A DNA stretch of 64,000 nt, taken from positions 1 through 64,000 of the forward strand of contig JAUCBJ010006685.1 of assembly GCA_032718475.1 (NCBI GenBank), read 5' to 3'. The DNA comes from Nemertoderma westbladi (Eukaryota; Animalia; Xenacoelomorpha). Both the position numbers and the translations under genes were made by a program. Position 1 is the stretch's first letter; each line of letters begins with the position of its first letter. This document shows positions 22,735 to 35,400 of this stretch, in pieces. Under the pieces are notes generated by a model, which had not been told where the DNA came from, searched no databases, and was given only the letters and a program-made list of their open reading frames with translations.

Positions 22735-22869
22735 ATGACCTCCAGATGGGATCGAACTGGTGACCGGGTTGGTTTCCAGGTCTACCTTTTACCTGAGCCG
22801 CTACCTGAATGGTTAGAGTGTCAGACTACCAACCCGAGGGTCACCAGTTCGATCCCACCTGGACGTCAT
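22735..22869. repeat. Palindromic element built from tRNA-like (SINE-head) halves
   Basis: 22735-22772 is the near reverse complement of 22828-22869. The right arm has A-box-like tacctgaatggttagag and B-box-like agttcgatccc. Confidence 0.6.
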
Positions 22870-22893
22870 AGCCGTTATTACTTACGTACATTA

Positions 22894-24318
22894 CTACTAG
22901 GATCGGCATGCTGCATTGCAGCTGCATTTTTAAGAATGCTGTGCCGGCTTGTCAACAAAGTTGCACCGCCACAACTCCCTATCACCTATGACATTTGCTA
23001 GATCATCCGCATCTTTAAGGCCAGTGTCCTTTAAGATGCGTCTCAAGAAAGTCATGGGCTGTCCACCATGCTTATTCACTCCATGAGGCTGCCAAAGTAC
23101 AAGATTATGCACTGGCTGGTCCTCACGGCGAAAGCAATGTCCTGCAAAGCGGAGGCGATTTTGTTCTAGTGTCAAGCTTGGGGGAACCAATGAGACACCT
23201 CCAATGTTATATAGTGTCTGGTTGGAGATGTGTGCATTGTACTTGACACAATGTACCCGGCGTAGCATTCTTGTGAATGTGCCATCCAGAGATTTGGTGT
23301 CCTCAGCAGTTAGAGCCCAGCATGGACTCCCGTAGAGGAGTACTGGAACTACTGCTGCTCTAAATAATCGGACCTTAAGTTTCCGATTAATTCTAGGTGA
23401 CTTCCAAATCCTGGAAAGCCTATTCAAGGCTGCCCATGCCTTTCCCTTACGTATTCGAAGGTCCTCACCTGACTTCCGGATCCATGATCCCAGGTAACAG
23501 AAGTCGTCCACATGCTCAAGCATACCATCCTTTGAGCTTATGCTCATCCGATCAGAGACTTGCTGAGGACTTTCAAAGTTAACTGTCAGAATTTTGGTCT
23601 TTCTGGAGTTAATAAAAAGACCAACACTAGAAGCAGCATGTTCTAATGAGGTGAGGAGCCGTTGGGCTCCCTCTAGTGATTCTGAGAGTACTCCTAAGTC
23701 ATCAGCAAAGTCTAAATCAGTTAGGTACTTGGCAGGATTTCCTCGACTTCTGGAGCCAGTAGGTGGAGTTATCATCACCCCATCATCATTATGATGATCT
23801 AAGGACATGCGTAGAACATAGTCAACCACAATTATGAACAAGAAGGGTGCAAGTGTGTCTCCCTGGAGGACGCCCCATAACACTTCAAATGGTTCTGTGT
23901 CACCGTCAACAGTAGACACAAATGTTGTCGAACCATCGTATACTGATCTGATTGCTGCAATAATTTCATCACGAATCCCATATAATGAAAGTATGCTGAA
24001 CATACGTGAGCGAGAGACTGAATCAAAGGCCTTGAAGAAGTCAACAAATATAACAGCCATATAGAAGATGCCTGTCTTTCTTTTTTGATAACTCTTCAAT
24101 TATCCTTCTAAGTGCCAAAATGGGCTCCATGGTCCCACGACCTTTACGGAACCCATTCTGATTTCCACGGAGCAGTCTCTCAATGGGATCCCTGATGCGA
24201 TTTAAAGGAATTCTATTGTATAGCTTTGCAGCAATCGAGATCAATGAGATTCCCCGAAAAGAACCATAGAGTGTTAGGTTGCCTTCTTGGGAACTGGCAC
24301 CAACTTATTTGTTACCAT
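22894..24318 (-). mobile_element. 5'-truncated RTE-clade LINE, copy 1 (frameshifted RT)
   Basis: RT motifs FVDFFKAFDSV, GVLQGDTLAPFLF, LDFADD, FCYLGS; short (TAG)n tail; 9-bp TSD cgtacatta (22885-22893, 24319-24327). Confidence 0.92.
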
Positions 24319-24587
24319 CGTACATTAACCTCAGTCCGACTGTTCTTATTAGAGTCTGCTGGTTGAAACAACCACCAGACGACCTAATTCTAACTACTTA
24401 TAATTATTTGAGTTATTTGAAGGCCCTATCGAATACACATGTTTCCAATTGTCGTTTGCATGAGTCCATATTTGAGCAAAGTCCTTAAACTGAGTGGGAG
24501 GCAGTTAATTACGACCCACAAAAACTCATAGATATAGTCATTTTGTGCCATTATTAATTCTTAAATAATTATTGTAATACCTTACAG

Positions 24588-24867
24588 GTTGTGTTGCGGA
24601 TTCAACAAGGCCCTCAGGTTGTTATAACCCCCCACAGACGAGCCGCTGCCATAGGTGCATACGTAGAGTTCCGTTGCCTAGCGCCAGGGTCACCGACCCC
24701 TAGGGTCTCCTGGTCCAGGATCGCCGGCCCCCTTCCGCCCGGGGCTGTTGCTACGGGCAACCTGCTCCGTATTGCCGCGGCAACCAGAGACCACTCTGGT
24801 ACCTATGTTTGTCGTGCCTGGAGGACAGCGGGTTCACAGGAAGATACTGCCATTCTATTGGTCGGAT
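24588..24867 (+). CDS. Exon of perlecan/HSPG2-like gene: immunoglobulin I-set domain
   Basis: cttacag acceptor, gtgagt donor (phase 1); VEFRCLAPGSPTPRVSWSR...LLRI......DHSGTYVCRA, resembling the last Ig repeats of perlecan. Confidence 0.85.
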
Positions 24868-25614
24868 GTGAGTTTCTTCTAGAATAATAATTATTTTCGA
24901 TTTGATCCCCAGATTAGTTCCTGTCCCAGGGTGACACCTTTCCTATTAACTTAATAAACACATCGGAAACACTTCTTGCCAACACCTTATTGTTAATATT
25001 GCACAGGGCCCTAATAACACATTCCTTCCAGACTTTTACAGATCATCATTGTCTTTCTTATTAATGTCATCCTATGTATATTGTATAGGACATATAACTC
25101 CCATACATCTTATACATATAGCAGATAACACCAATGATTGTTCATCACAATACAAATTATACCATCCTTCCATCGTGACACAGTTCTAAGCCATTCTCCC
25201 GGAGCAACCTTCGCCCTCAAAACAACCTATTTTATTGTTTTGGTTAGAAAATTCGTCTCTGTAAACTATCGTGTGTGTAACCTGCTCCTGTCCCCCAATC
25301 GGGCGAAAGTTGGACGCGGGCGAAGATTTGCCACAGGCGAAGTTTGGACGCAGGCGAAGATTGCACCCAACCCTTCGATTGTACCAATTTTCAATAACAC
25401 CTTTTATCACCTGTTTTCGCTCCTTTTACAAATTTTGACCGACATAATAAACAAACTGAAATCCTCTCAAATAGTATATAACGCCTTTAAGTTGTTAATA
25501 TTTTTAAATATAATATTGTTTTCAATAATTTTCTTTATATTTTTCTATTTGAAAGTTATTTATTTTCATGCAATAATTTATCTCATTGTATTTACTTATA
25601 TTTACATTCCGTAG

Positions 25615-25909
25615 CTTACGTTCCTTTTTTCAAACAAACACCTCGATCCTTCCTCGCTGTGCTCGTTCCCGAATCGACTTACACCGACTTCTATATTCGA
25701 CTTTCTATTCAACCAATGGAACGCGAAGGTTTAATCCTATTCTCTACTGGTCCCTCTTTGAGTTTGGCCGCTGACATGATGGCTTTGTGTCTAATAAACG
25801 GATTCGTTGTGTTTAACATCGACCTCGGGTTCACGCCGTACACCTTACGGAGTAACAAAGCGGTGCGAATCAGCCAATGGCAGACCATTACATTACAACG
25901 GAGTGGAAG
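25615..25909 (+). CDS. Exon of perlecan/HSPG2-like gene: laminin-G domain, first part
   Basis: ccgtag acceptor in phase 1 with the previous exon; YVPFFKQTPRSFL...FYIRLSIQP..REGLILF...DMMALCLINGFVVFNIDLG...WQTITLQR resembles perlecan LG1 (VPYFTQTPYSFL); gttagt donor (phase 2). Confidence 0.85.
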
Positions 25910-26461
25910 GTTAGTTTGGTATCAGCGGCCCTATAATATGATTAAAAACAATAATAAACTAACAAACAAACATTTACACCACCAATCACAGTCAGCAGAC
26001 ACAGTCACAGACTGACAATCGCGGTCAGTCATATAACTCCCAATTAATCAGCAGTATCGAGACCAGAGGGTCTTACAGCGATCGTTACAGGATGAATATC
26101 AATGGCTCGACAAAACAATAAAATATTAATAAAACAATATCAAATGAAATGTAAAATATTGGGTTTAGCGCAATTGTTTGTGCAATGTAATTGGACAACA
26201 TTTCTGATTTTTTTATTTTAACATTTAAAATATATAAGATAAATGTCCGTTAGACACACTGGTAGTTATAGCTAAAATAGTATTTATACACCATTATATA
26301 CCCCAACCATACTAGACAGCTATTTTTGCACAATAGAAATATATTTAACAAATATAATGAAAAGAACATTTACTGAATAATATACTTTGTACAGAATATA
26401 TATAGTCTAAAAAACGAGCGATGTGGATTGCAACCTGTGGTAATTTTTAAATGTAAAACCC

Positions 26462-29400
26462 TCCGTAGAAACCTACGAGAATGGAAAGGAACACTTTGCA
26501 GTGTTTGTTTCCACGGTAGAAACCTACAAGAATGGAAAGGAACACTTTGCAGTGTTTGTTTCCACGGTAGAAACCTACGAGAATGGAAAGGAACACTTTG
26601 CAGTGTTTGTTTCCACGGTAGAAACCTACGAGAATGGAAAGGAACACTTTGCAGTGTTTGTTTCCACGGTAGAAACCTACGAGAATGGAAAGGAACACTT
26701 TGCAGTGTTCGTTTCCACGGTAGAAACCTACAAGAATGGAAAGGAACACTTTGCAGTGTTCGTTTCCACGGTAGAAACCTACAAGAATGGAAAGGAACAC
26801 TTTGCAGTGTTAATTTCCACGGTAGAAACCTACGAGAATGGAAAGGAACACTTTGCAGTGTTAATTTCCACGGTAGAAACCTACGAGAATGGAAAGGAAC
26901 ACTTTGCAGTGTTAATTTCCACGGTAGAAACCTACGAGAATGGAAAGGAACACTTTGCAGTGTTAATTTCCACGGTAGAAACTTACAAGAATGGAAAGGA
27001 ACACTTTGCAGTGTTAATTTCCACGGTAGAAACCTACGAGAATGGAAAGGAACATTTTGCAGAGTTAATTTCCACGGTAGAAACCTACGAGAATGGAAAG
27101 GAACACTTTGCAGTGTTAATTTCCACGGTAGAAACCTACGAGAATGGAAAGGAACACTTTGCAGTGTTAATTTCCACGGTAGAAACCTACGAGAATGGAA
27201 AGGAACACTTTGCAGCGTTCGTTTCCACGGTAGAAACCTACGAGAATGGAAAGGAACATTTTGCAGTGTTAATTTCCACGGTAGAAACCTACGAGAATGG
27301 AAAGGAACACTTTGCAGCGTTCCTTTCCATGGTAGAAACCTACAAGAATGGAAAGGAACACTTTGCAGTGTTCGTTTCCACGGTAGAAACCTACGAGAAT
27401 GGAAGGGAACATTTTGCAGTGCTCCTTTCCACGGTAGAAACCTACGAGAATGGAAAGGAACACTTTGCAGTGTTCGTTTCCACAGTAGAAACCTACGAGA
27501 ATGGAAAGGAACACTTTGCAGTGTTAATTTCCATGGTAGAAACCTACGAGAATGGAAAGGAACACTTTGCAGTGTTAATTTCCACGGTAGAAACCTACCA
27601 GAATGGAAAGGAACACTTTGCAGTGTTAATTTCCACGGTAGAAACCTACGAGAATGGAAAGGAACAGTTTGCAGTGTTAATTTCCACGGTAGAAACCTAC
27701 GAGAATGGAAAGGAACACTTTGCAGTGTTCGTTTCCACGGTAGAAACCTATGAGAATAGAAATGGACACTTTGCAGTGTTTGTTTCCACGGTAGAAACCT
27801 ACGAGAATGGAAAGGAACACTTTGCAGTGTTCGTTTCCACGGTAGAAACCTACGAGAATGGAAAGGAACACTTTGCAGTGTTAATTTCCACGGTAGAAAC
27901 CTACGAGAATGGAAAGGAACACTTTGCAGTGTTAGTTTCCACAGTAGAAACCTACGAGAATTGCAGCGTTCCTTTCCATGGTAGAAACCTACGAGAATGG
28001 AAAGGAACATTTTGCAGTGTTAATTTCCACGGTAGAAACCTACAAGAATGGAAAGGAACATTTTGCAGTGTTAATTTCCACGGTAGAAACCTACAAGAAT
28101 GGAAAGGAACACTTTGCAGTGTTCGTTTCCACGGTAGAAACCTACGAGAATGGAAAGGAACATTTTGCAGTGTTAATTTCCATGGTAGAAACCTACGAGA
28201 ATGGAAAGGAACACTTTGCAGTGTTAGTTTCCACAGTAGAAACCTACGAGAATTGCAGCGTTCCTTTCCATGGTAGAAACCTACGAGAATGGAAAGGAAC
28301 ACTTTGCAGTGTTCGTTTCCACAGTAGAAACCTACGAGAATGAAAAGGAACACTTTGCAGCGTTCCTTTCCATGGTAGAAACCTACGAGAATGGAAAGGA
28401 ACATTTTGCAGTGTTAATTTCCACGGTAGAAACCTACGAGAATGGAAAGGAACACTTTGCAGTGTTAATTTCCACGGTAGAAACCTACAAGAATGGAAAG
28501 GAACACTTTGCAGTGTTAATTTCCACGGTAGAAACCTACGAGAATGGAAAGGAACATTTTGCAGTGTTAATTTCCACGGTAGAAACCTACGAGAATGGAA
28601 AGGAACACTTTGCAGTGTTAATTTCCACGGTAGAAACCTACGAGAATGGAAAGGAACATTTTGTAGTGTTAATTTCCACGGTAGAAACCTACGAGAATGG
28701 AAAGGAACACTTTGCAGTGTTCGTTTCCACAGTAGAAACCTACAAGAATGAAAAGGAACACTTTGCAGCGTTCCTGTCCACGGTAGAAACCTACGAGATT
28801 GGAAAGGAACACTTTGCAGCGTTCGTTTCCACGGTAGAAACCTACGAGAATGGAAAGGAACACTTTGCAGCGTTCGTTTCCACGGTAGAAACCTACGAGA
28901 ATGGAAAGGAACATTTTGCAGTGTTCGTTTTCACGATAGAAACCTACGAGAATGGAAAGGAGCACATGGAAAGGAACATTTTGCAGAGTTAATTTCCATG
29001 GTAGAAACCTACGAGAATGGAAAGGAACACTTTGCAGTGTTAATTTCCACGGTAGAAACCTACGAGAATGGAAAGGAACATTTTGCAGAGTTAATTTCCA
29101 TGGTAGAAACCTACGAGAATGGAAAGGAACACTTTGCAGTGTTAATTTCCACGGTAGAAACCTACGAGAATGGAAAGGAACATTTTGCAGTGTTAATTTC
29201 CACGGTAGAAACCTACAAGAATGGAAAGGAACACTTTGCAGTGTTCGTTTCCACGGTAGAAACCTACGAGAATGGAAAGGAACATTTTGCAGTGTTCGTT
29301 TCCACAGTAGAAACCTACGAGAATGGAAAGGAACACTTTGCAGTGTTAATTTCCACGGTAGAAACCTACGAGAATGGAAAGGAACACTTTGCAGTGTTAA

Positions 29401-32400
29401 TTTCCACGGTAGAAACCTACGAGAATGGAAAGGAACATTTTGCAGTGTTAATTTCCACGGTAGAAACCTACGAGAATGGAAAGGAACATTTTGCAGTGTT
29501 CGTTTCCACGGTAGAAACCTACAAGAATGGAAAGGAACACTTTGCAGTGTTCGTTTCCACGGTAGAAACCTACGAGAATGGAAAGGAACATTTTGCAGTG
29601 TTCGTTTCCACAGTAGAAACCTACGAGAATGGAAAGGAACACTTTGCAGTGTTAATTTCCACGGTAGAAACCTACGAGAATGGAAAGGAACACTTTGCAG
29701 TGTTAATTTCCACGGTAGAAACCTACGAGAATGGAAAGGAACATTTTGCAGTGTTAATTTCCACGGTAGAAACCTACGAGAATGGAAAGGAACATTTTGC
29801 AGTGTTTGTTTCCACAGTAGAAACCTACGAGAATGGAAAGGAACACTTTGCAGTGTTAATTTCCACGGTAGAAACCTACGAGAATGGAAAGGAACACTTT
29901 GCAGTGTTCGTTTCCACGGTAGAAACCTACGAGAATGGAAAGGAACATTTTGCAGTGTTAATTTCCACGGTAGAAACCTACAAGAATGGAAAGGAACACT
30001 TTGCAGTGTTCGTTTCCACGGTAGAAACCTACGAGAATGGAAAGGAACATTTTGCAGTGTTCGTTTCCACAGTAGAAACCTACGAGAATGGAAAGGAACA
30101 CTTTGCAGTGTTAATTTCCACGGTAGAAACCTACGAGAATGGAAAGGAACACTTTGCAGTGTTAATTTCCACGGTAGAAACTTACAAGAATGGAAAGGAA
30201 CATTTTGCAGTGTTAATTTCCACGGTAGAAACCTACGAGAATGGAAAGGAACACTTTGCAGTGTTAGTTTCCACAGTAGAAACCTACGAGAATTGCAGCG
30301 TTCCTTTCCATGGTAGAAACCTACGAGAATGGAAAGGAACATTTTGCAGTGTTAATTTCCACGGTAGAAACCTACAAGAATGGAAAGGAACACTTTGCAG
30401 TGTTTGTTTCCACAGTAGAAACCTACGAGAATGGAAAGGAACACTTTGCAGTGTTCGTTTCCACAGTAGAAACCTATGAGAATGAAAAGGAACACTTTGC
30501 AGCGTTCCTTTCCATGGTAGAAACCTACGAGAATGGAAAGGAACATTTTGCAGTGTTAATTTCCACGGTAGAAACCTATGAGAATGAAAAGGAACACTTT
30601 GCAGCGTTCCTTTCCATGGTAGAAACCTACGAGAATGGAAAGGAACATTTTGCAGTGTTAATTTCCACGGTAGAAACCTACGAGAATGGAAAGGAACATT
30701 TTGCAGTGTTTTTTCCACGGTAGAAACCTACAAGAATGGAAAGGAACACTTTGCAGTGTTAATTTCCACGGTAGAAACCTACGAGAATGGAAAGGAACAC
30801 TTTGCAGTGTTAATTTCCACGGTAGAAACCTACGAGAATGGAAAGGAACATTTTGCAGTGTTTTTTCCACGGTAGAAACCTACGAGAATGGAAAGGAACA
30901 CTTTGCAGTGTTAATTTCCACGGTAGAAACTTACAAGAATGGAAAGGAACATTTTGCAGTGTTAATTTCCACGGTAGAAACCTACGAGAATGGAAAGGAA
31001 CACTTTGCAGTGTTAGTTTCCACAGTAGAAACCTACGAGAATTGCAGCGTTCCTTTCCATGGTAGAAACCTACGAGAATGGAAAGGAACATTTTGCAGTG
31101 TTAATTTCCACGGTAGAAACCTACAAGAATGGAAAGGAACACTTTGCAGTGTTTGTTTCCACAGTAGAAACCTACGAGAATGGAAAGGAACACTTTGCAG
31201 CAGTGTTCGTTTCCACAGTAGAAACCTATGAGAATGAAAAGGAACACTTTGCAGCGTTCCTTTCCATGGTAGAAACCTACGAGAATGGAAAGGAACATTT
31301 TGCAGTGTTAATTTCCACGGTAGAAACCTATGAGAATGAAAAGGAACACTTTGCAGCGTTCCTTTCCATGGTAGAAACCTACGAGAATGGAAAGGAACAT
31401 TTTGCAGTGTTAATTTCCACGGTAGAAACCTACGAGAATGGAAAGGAACATTTTGCAGTGTTTTTTCCACGGTAGAAACCTACAAGAATGGAAAGGAACA
31501 CTTTGCAGTGTTAATTTCCACGGTAGAAACCTACGAGAATGGAAAGGAACACTTTGCAGTGTTAATTTCCACGGTAGAAACCTACGAGAATGGAAAGGAA
31601 CATTTTGCAGTGTTTTTTCCACGGTAGAAACCTACGAGAATGGAAAGGAACACTTTGCAGTGTTAATTTCCACGGTAGAAACCTACGAGAATGGAAAGGA
31701 ACATTTTGTAGTGTTAATTTCCACGGTAGAAACCTACGAGAATGGAAAGGAACACTTTGCAGTGTTAATTTCCACGGTAGAAACCTACGAGAATGGAAAG
31801 GAACATTTTGCAGTGTTAATTTCCACGGTAGAAACCTACGAGAATGGAAAGGAACACTTTGCAGTGTTAATTTCCACGGTAGAAACCTACGAGAATGGAA
31901 AGGAACATTTTGTAGTGTTAATTTCCACGGTAGAAACCTACGAGAATGGAAAGGAACACTTTGCAGTGTTCGTTTCCACAGTAGAAACCTACAAGAATGA
32001 AAAGGAACACTTTGCAGCGTTCCTTTCCACGGTAGAAACCTACGAGATTGGAAAGGAACACTTTGCAGCGTTCGTTTCCACGGTAGAAACCTACGAGAAT
32101 GGAAAGGAACACTTTGCAGTGTTCGTTTCCACGGTAGAAACCTACGAGAATGGAAAGGAACATTTTGCAGAGTTAATTTCCATGGTAGAAACCTACGAGA
32201 ATGGAAAGGAACACTTTGCAGTGTTAATTTCCACGGTAGAAACCTACGAGAATGGAAAGGAACATTTTGCAGTGTTAATTTCCACGGTAGAAACCTACGA
32301 GAATGGAAAGGAACACTTTGCAGTGTTCGTTTCCACAGTAGAAACCTACAAGAATGAAAAGGAACACTTTGCAGCGTTCCTTTAGATGGTAGAAACCTAC

Positions 32401-35400
32401 GAGAATGGAAAGGAACATTTTGCAGTGTTCCTTTCCATGGTAGAAACCTACGAGAATGGAAAGGAACACTTCGCAGTGTTCCTTTCCATGGTAGAAACCT
32501 ACGAGATTGGAAAGGAACACTTTGCAGTGTTCATTTCCATGGTAGAAACCTACGAGAATGGAAAGGAAAACTTTGCAGTGTTTGTTTCCATGGTAGAAAC
32601 CTACGAGAATGGAAAGGAACACTTTGCAGTGTTCCTTTCCATGGTAGAAACCTACGAGATTGGAAAGGAACACTTTGCAGTGTTCGTTTCCATGGTAGAA
32701 ACCTATGAGAATGGAAAGGAACATTTTGCAGTGTTCGTTTTCATGATAGAAACCTACGAGAATGGAAAGAAACACTTTGCAGTGTTCGTTTCCACGGTAG
32801 AAACCTACGAGAATGGAAAGGAACACTTTGCTGTATTCCTTTCCATGGTAGAAACCTACGAGATTGGAAAGGAACACTTTGCAGTGTTCCTTTCCATGGT
32901 AGAAACCTACGAGATTGGAAAGGAACACTTTGCAGTGTTCCTTTCCATGGTAGAAACCTACGAGATTGGAAAGGAACACTTTGCAGTGTTCCTTTCCATG
33001 GTAGAAACCTACGAGAATGGAAAGGAACACTTTGCAGTGTTCCTTTCCATGGTAGAAACCTACGAGATTGGAAAGGAACACTTTGCAGTGTTCGTTTCCA
33101 TGGTAGACACCTACGAGAATGGAAAGGAACATTTTGCAGTGTTCGTTTTCACGATAGAAACCTACGAGATTGGAAAGGAACACTTTGCAGTGTTCGTTTC
33201 CACGGTAGAAACCTATGAGAATGGAAAGGAACACTTTGCAGTGTTCGTTTCCACAGTAGAAACCTACGAGAATGAAAAGGAAAAGGAACACTTTGCAGCG
33301 TTCCTTTCCATGGTAGAAACCTACGAGAATGGAAAGGAACACTTTACAGCGTTCGTTTCCATGGTAGAAACCTACTACTACTACTACTAGGATCGGCATG
33401 CTGCATTGCAGCTGCATTTTTAAGAATGCTGTGCCGGCTTGTCAACAAAATTGCACCACCACAACTCCCTATCACCCATGACATTTGCTAGATCATCCGC
33501 ATCTTTAAGGCCAGTGTCCTTTAAGATGCGTCTCAAGAAAGTCATGAGCTGTCCACCATGCTTATTCACTCCATGAGGCTGCCAAAGTACAAGATTATGC
33601 ACTGGCTGGTCCTCACGGCGAAAGCAATGTCCTGCAAAGCGGAGGCGATTTTGTTCTAGTGTCAAGCTTGGGGGAACCAATGACACACCTCCAATGTTAT
33701 ATAGTGTCTGGTTGGAGATGTGTGCATTGTACTTGACACAATGTACCCGGCGTAGCATTCTTGTGAATGTGCCATCCAGAGATTTGGTGTCCTCAGCACT
33801 TAGAGCCCAGCATGGACTCCCGTAGAGGAGTACTGGAACTACTGCTGCTCTAAATAATCGGACCTTAAGTTTCCGATTAATTCTAGGTGACTTCCAAATC
33901 CTGGAAAGCCTATTCAAGGCTGCCCATGCCTTTCCCTTACGTATTCGAAGGTCCTCACCTGACTTCCGGATCCATGATCCCAGGTAACAGAAGTCGTCCA
34001 CATGCTCAAGCATACCATTCTTTGAGCTTATGCTCATCCGATCAGAGACTTGCTGAGGACTTTCAAAGTTAACTGTCAGAATTTTGGTCTTTCTGGAGTT
34101 AATAAAAAGACCAAAACTAGAAGCAGCATGTTCTAATGAGCTGAGGAGCCGCTGGGCTCCCTCTAATGATTCTGAGAGTACTCCTAAGTCATCAGCAAAG
34201 TCTAGATCAGTTAGGTACTTGGCAGGATTTCCTCGACTTCTGGAGCCAGTTGGTGGAGTTATCATCACCCCATCATCATTATGATGATCTAAGGACATGC
34301 GTAGAACATAGTCAACCACAATAATGAACAAGAATGGTGCAAGTGTGTCTCCTTGGAGGACGCCCCATAACACTTCAAATGGTTCTGTGTCACCGTCAAC
34401 GGTAGACACAAATGTTGTCGAACCATCATATACTGATCTGATTGCTGCAATAATTTCATCAGGAATCCCATATAATGAAAGTATGCTGAACATACGTGAG
34501 CGAGAGACTGAATCAAAGGCCTTGAAGAAGTCAACAAAGATAACAGCCAGATGCCTGTCTTTCTTTTTTGATAATTCTTCAATTATCCTTCTAAGTGCCA
34601 AAATGGGCTCCATGGTCCCACGACCTTTACGGAACCCATTCTGATTTCCACGTAGCAGTCTCTCAATGGGATTCCTGATGCGATTTAATAGAATTCTATT
34701 GTATAGTTTTGCAGCAATCGAGATCAATGAAATTCCCCGAAAAGAACCATAGAGTGTTAGGTTGCCCTTCTTGGGAACTGGCACCAACTTATTTGTTTTC
34801 ATTTCTTGTGGGACTCTTGTTGTACGGTACATGTCTACTATGATGGGATAGATGAGCTTTAAACACTCAGGTATTTTAAAGACCTCAGGGGGAACACCAT
34901 CTACTCCACTGGCACGATTGGTCTTAATGCTCTTTGCAGCAGCCTTCACTTCTGCAAAGGAGATATCGCCAATGGGAATATCTGGGAGTACAGACTCAGA
35001 CACTTTTACTTCTATAAAGTTATCAGGCAATACCCTGTCATTATTGAGGAGCTTTTCAAAGTGGGCTTTCCAACCATTGAGGCGATCGGCTGGTGATTCA
35101 GCCTTAACCTTGGTGGTTGGTTGGCTTTTCCGCCCAGTAAGCAGATTGATCGATTTCCATGCCTGGGATGATTGCCTGCTGTCGTCAGCATCATTGATGG
35201 CATCAACCTGTTGGTTTATTAGCTCCTGTAGATTAACAGAGTACTGCCTGTTCAGGGACCTAGATGCAGCTTTAACTGCATTCTTGGCCGCTGTAGTCTG
35301 TTTGAGTCGGGACTCTTTCTGCGCCTTATGAAGTTCATTTCGGCACTTCTGAATTTTGTTGTCAGTCCAGGGGGCCCTTTTCCTGTTTCGAGGGTATACA

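Noticed and set aside
22795-22869. Possible tRNA gene
   Set aside because: Acceptor and D stems do not pair properly and the sequence is one arm of a palindrome; treated as SINE-derived.
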